Below are positions 30,863-32,000 of a stretch of DNA of 32,000 nucleotides, piece by piece. The notes beneath the pieces are model-generated. The model saw only the letters and a list, made by a program, of their open reading frames with translations. It did not search any database and was not told where the DNA came from. Positions within the stretch are counted from its first letter, which is position 1. Each line of letters starts with the position of its first letter. Both the position numbers and the translations under genes were made by a program. Source of the stretch: Cupriavidus necator (lineage in GTDB: Bacteria > Pseudomonadota > Gammaproteobacteria > Burkholderiales > Burkholderiaceae); NCBI RefSeq assembly GCF_016127575.1, contig NZ_CP066019.1:1290001-1322000 (forward strand). The letters are read 5' to 3'.

Positions 30863-31322
30863 GCAACGGCCGCATCCTGGTGCCATGTGCACCTTGTCGG
30901 GTAAAACCGCACCGGAATGCCGCGCGCAGGCAGGGGCGGGCGCTGCTGGTAGCGTTGCCGCTGGCATCGCCGTGATAGTGCAGATGCGCCAAAATGGCGC
31001 GAAACGGCGGCGCGGGCTGAACCGTTATGGTGCGGCGCCCCATTTGTGGGAATCTATCCTATGCTGCTGGTTTGCCCCACGCGCGGGCCGGTCTGGCGTT
31101 GCCGCGCTGCGGGACGGCCCGGCAAAGCCGGCTTCTGGCAAGCGGGAAAAGCGTGGAAAATTGCCCGCTAACCGGCCTCAATCAAGGATTTGCGGGTTTT
31201 TTTGTCGCATTGGTGCCACTGGGGATTGCTCTACGCGCGACGGGCAGATTAGACTGCGCCGATCGATGGCTTTGCCGCGAGGCACGCACATCGGTGACGA
31301 CGACCAACAAGGGAAATCAGCC

Positions 31323-31604
31323 ATGAATAAAGGTGAACTGGTATCGGCCATCGCCGCGGAAGCAGAACTGAGCAATGCCGCCGCCGAGCGCGCGCTCAAC
31401 GCAGCGCTGGACAGTATCAAGAAGGCAGTGGCAAAGGGCGATTCGGTGACGCTGGTGGGCTTTGGCAGCTTCAGCGCCGGCAAACGCGCCGCCCGCACCG
31501 GCCGCAATCCGCGCACCGGTGAAACCATCAAGATCCCGGCCGCCAAGACGGTCAAGTTCTCTGCCGGGCAGGGTTTCAAGGACGCGGTGAACAAGAAGAA
31601 GTAA
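31323..31604 (+). CDS. hupB: HU-family nucleoid-associated DNA-binding protein
   Basis: [90 protein letters not shown] is a near-consensus HU sequence (GFG.F....RAAR.GRNP.TGE.I.I...K.P.F..G). The start is at internal ATG 31323 of track ORF 30840... Confidence 0.9.
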   Translation: MNKGELVSAIAAEAELSNAAAERALNAALDSIKKAVAKGDSVTLVGFGSFSAGKRAARTGRNPRTGETIKIPAAKTVKFSAGQGFKDAVNKKK

Positions 31605-31625
31605 GCAGTTTGCGTCCACAGCGTG

Positions 31626-31654
31626 AAAAGCGGCCTTGCAGGCCGCTTTTTTGT
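31626..31654 (+). terminator. Rho-independent terminator of hupB
   Basis: aaaagcggcc-ttgca-ggccgctttttt, with a U6 run at 31647-31652. Confidence 0.85.
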
Positions 31655-31814
31655 TGCCTGGCACGGCCACGCCTGCCGGTACCGGGCTGCAGCCGGCAAC
31701 GGCGGGCACGATCCGGGTTAAACTGCCGGCGCCAGCGTTCCGGCGTGCAGTCAGGCAATGCCGCCGTCGCAGGTTCGCCCCAGAAATCCCGCCCCCGCAA
31801 TCCGTACCCGCATC

Positions 31815-32000
31815 ATGAACGATCTGTCCCACCAGCTTTCCATGACCGTGCTGATGACGCCGGACATGGCCAACTTCTCCGGCAACGTCCACGGCGGCAC
31901 CATCCTCAAGTACCTGGACATGGTTGCCTATGCGTGCGCCAGCCGCTACGCCGGCCGCTACGTGGTAACGCTGTCGGTCGACCAGGTGGTGTTTCGCCAG
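31815..32000 (+). CDS. Acyl-CoA thioesterase (YciA/hotdog-fold type), N-terminal 62 codons; continues past the window end
   Basis: Not in the ORF track because it is open at the edge. ATG 31815 gives MNDLSHQLSMTVLMTPDMANFSGNVHGGTILKYLDMVAYACASRYAGRYVVTLSVDQVVFRQ. P...AN..GNVHGG.ILK.lD.vAy.cA.ry......VT.svD.v.F is the YciA/acyl-CoA hydrolase signature. Confidence 0.75.
   Translation, partial: MNDLSHQLSMTVLMTPDMANFSGNVHGGTILKYLDMVAYACASRYAGRYVVTLSVDQVVFRQ

Noticed and set aside
30886-30900. GGTGC-CATGT-GCACC dyad as an NtrC binding site
   Set aside because: The half-site order is inverted relative to the NtrC consensus (TGCACC-N5-GGTGCA). I keep it only as an unassigned dyad.
1-32000. Mobile elements, prophage remnants, defence systems (RM, TA, CBASS, Abi-like) or a compositional island
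   Set aside because: I saw no transposase, integrase, recombinase, nuclease or ATPase-type ORFs, and no flanking direct or inverted terminal repeats. Apart from short AT-rich promoter patches, composition and codon bias look uniform across the window.

Overview
This is a GC-rich chromosomal segment with strong G/C third-position bias. Gene content and protein sequences suggest a Burkholderiaceae beta-proteobacterium (Cupriavidus/Ralstonia-like); that assignment is inference only. I saw no rRNA, tRNA, CRISPR array, transposase, integrase or phage gene. I can support about 27 protein genes, one FMN riboswitch, several intrinsic terminators and a few candidate regulatory sites. All family calls rest on remembered motifs, because no search could be run. 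Gene order is as follows. (i) 1-6717 is a divergent RpiR-associated catabolic locus: GntP permease, RidA, D-aminoacylase-family amidohydrolase and RpiR on the minus strand; a PLP 'amino acid deaminase', KdgK and Eda on the plus strand. (ii) Next come a small entericidin-like lipoprotein gene missing from the ORF track, a GGDEF-EAL protein degenerate in both domains, and a CNNM/CorC-type membrane protein. (iii) 10285-15567 holds a cytosolic YVTN beta-propeller, an ACS-type MFS permease, an amidohydrolase_2 (lactonase-type) enzyme, a LysR regulator and an MmyB-like regulator. (iv) PagL-like lipid A deacylase lies divergent from FMN riboswitch-ribB. (v) 17.5-21.7 kb carries several small secreted proteins: a protein-E-like protein, an Asr-like TPA-repeat/Lys-rich protein, a COG4520-like surface antigen and a novel 12-residue-repeat protein. 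A large MscS-family channel sits among them. (vi) The remainder is opgG-opgH, an orphan secreted Cys-containing protein, a Bcr/CflA efflux pump, a small MscS, an orphan Amt ammonium channel with a sigma-54-like promoter, HU, and the start of a YciA-type thioesterase. The best candidate for an uncharacterised system is the 1-6717 locus. Its logic fits N-acyl-D-amino-sugar-acid (D-glucosaminate / N-acetylglucosaminate type) catabolism into the KDG/KDPG route, with a built-in RidA step. Secondary candidates are the beta-propeller/MFS/amidohydrolase module, the 12-residue-repeat periplasmic protein, and two orphan terminator-bounded structured regions that may be sRNAs. Many long ORFs in the supplied track are antisense or out-of-frame high-GC artefacts and were rejected.
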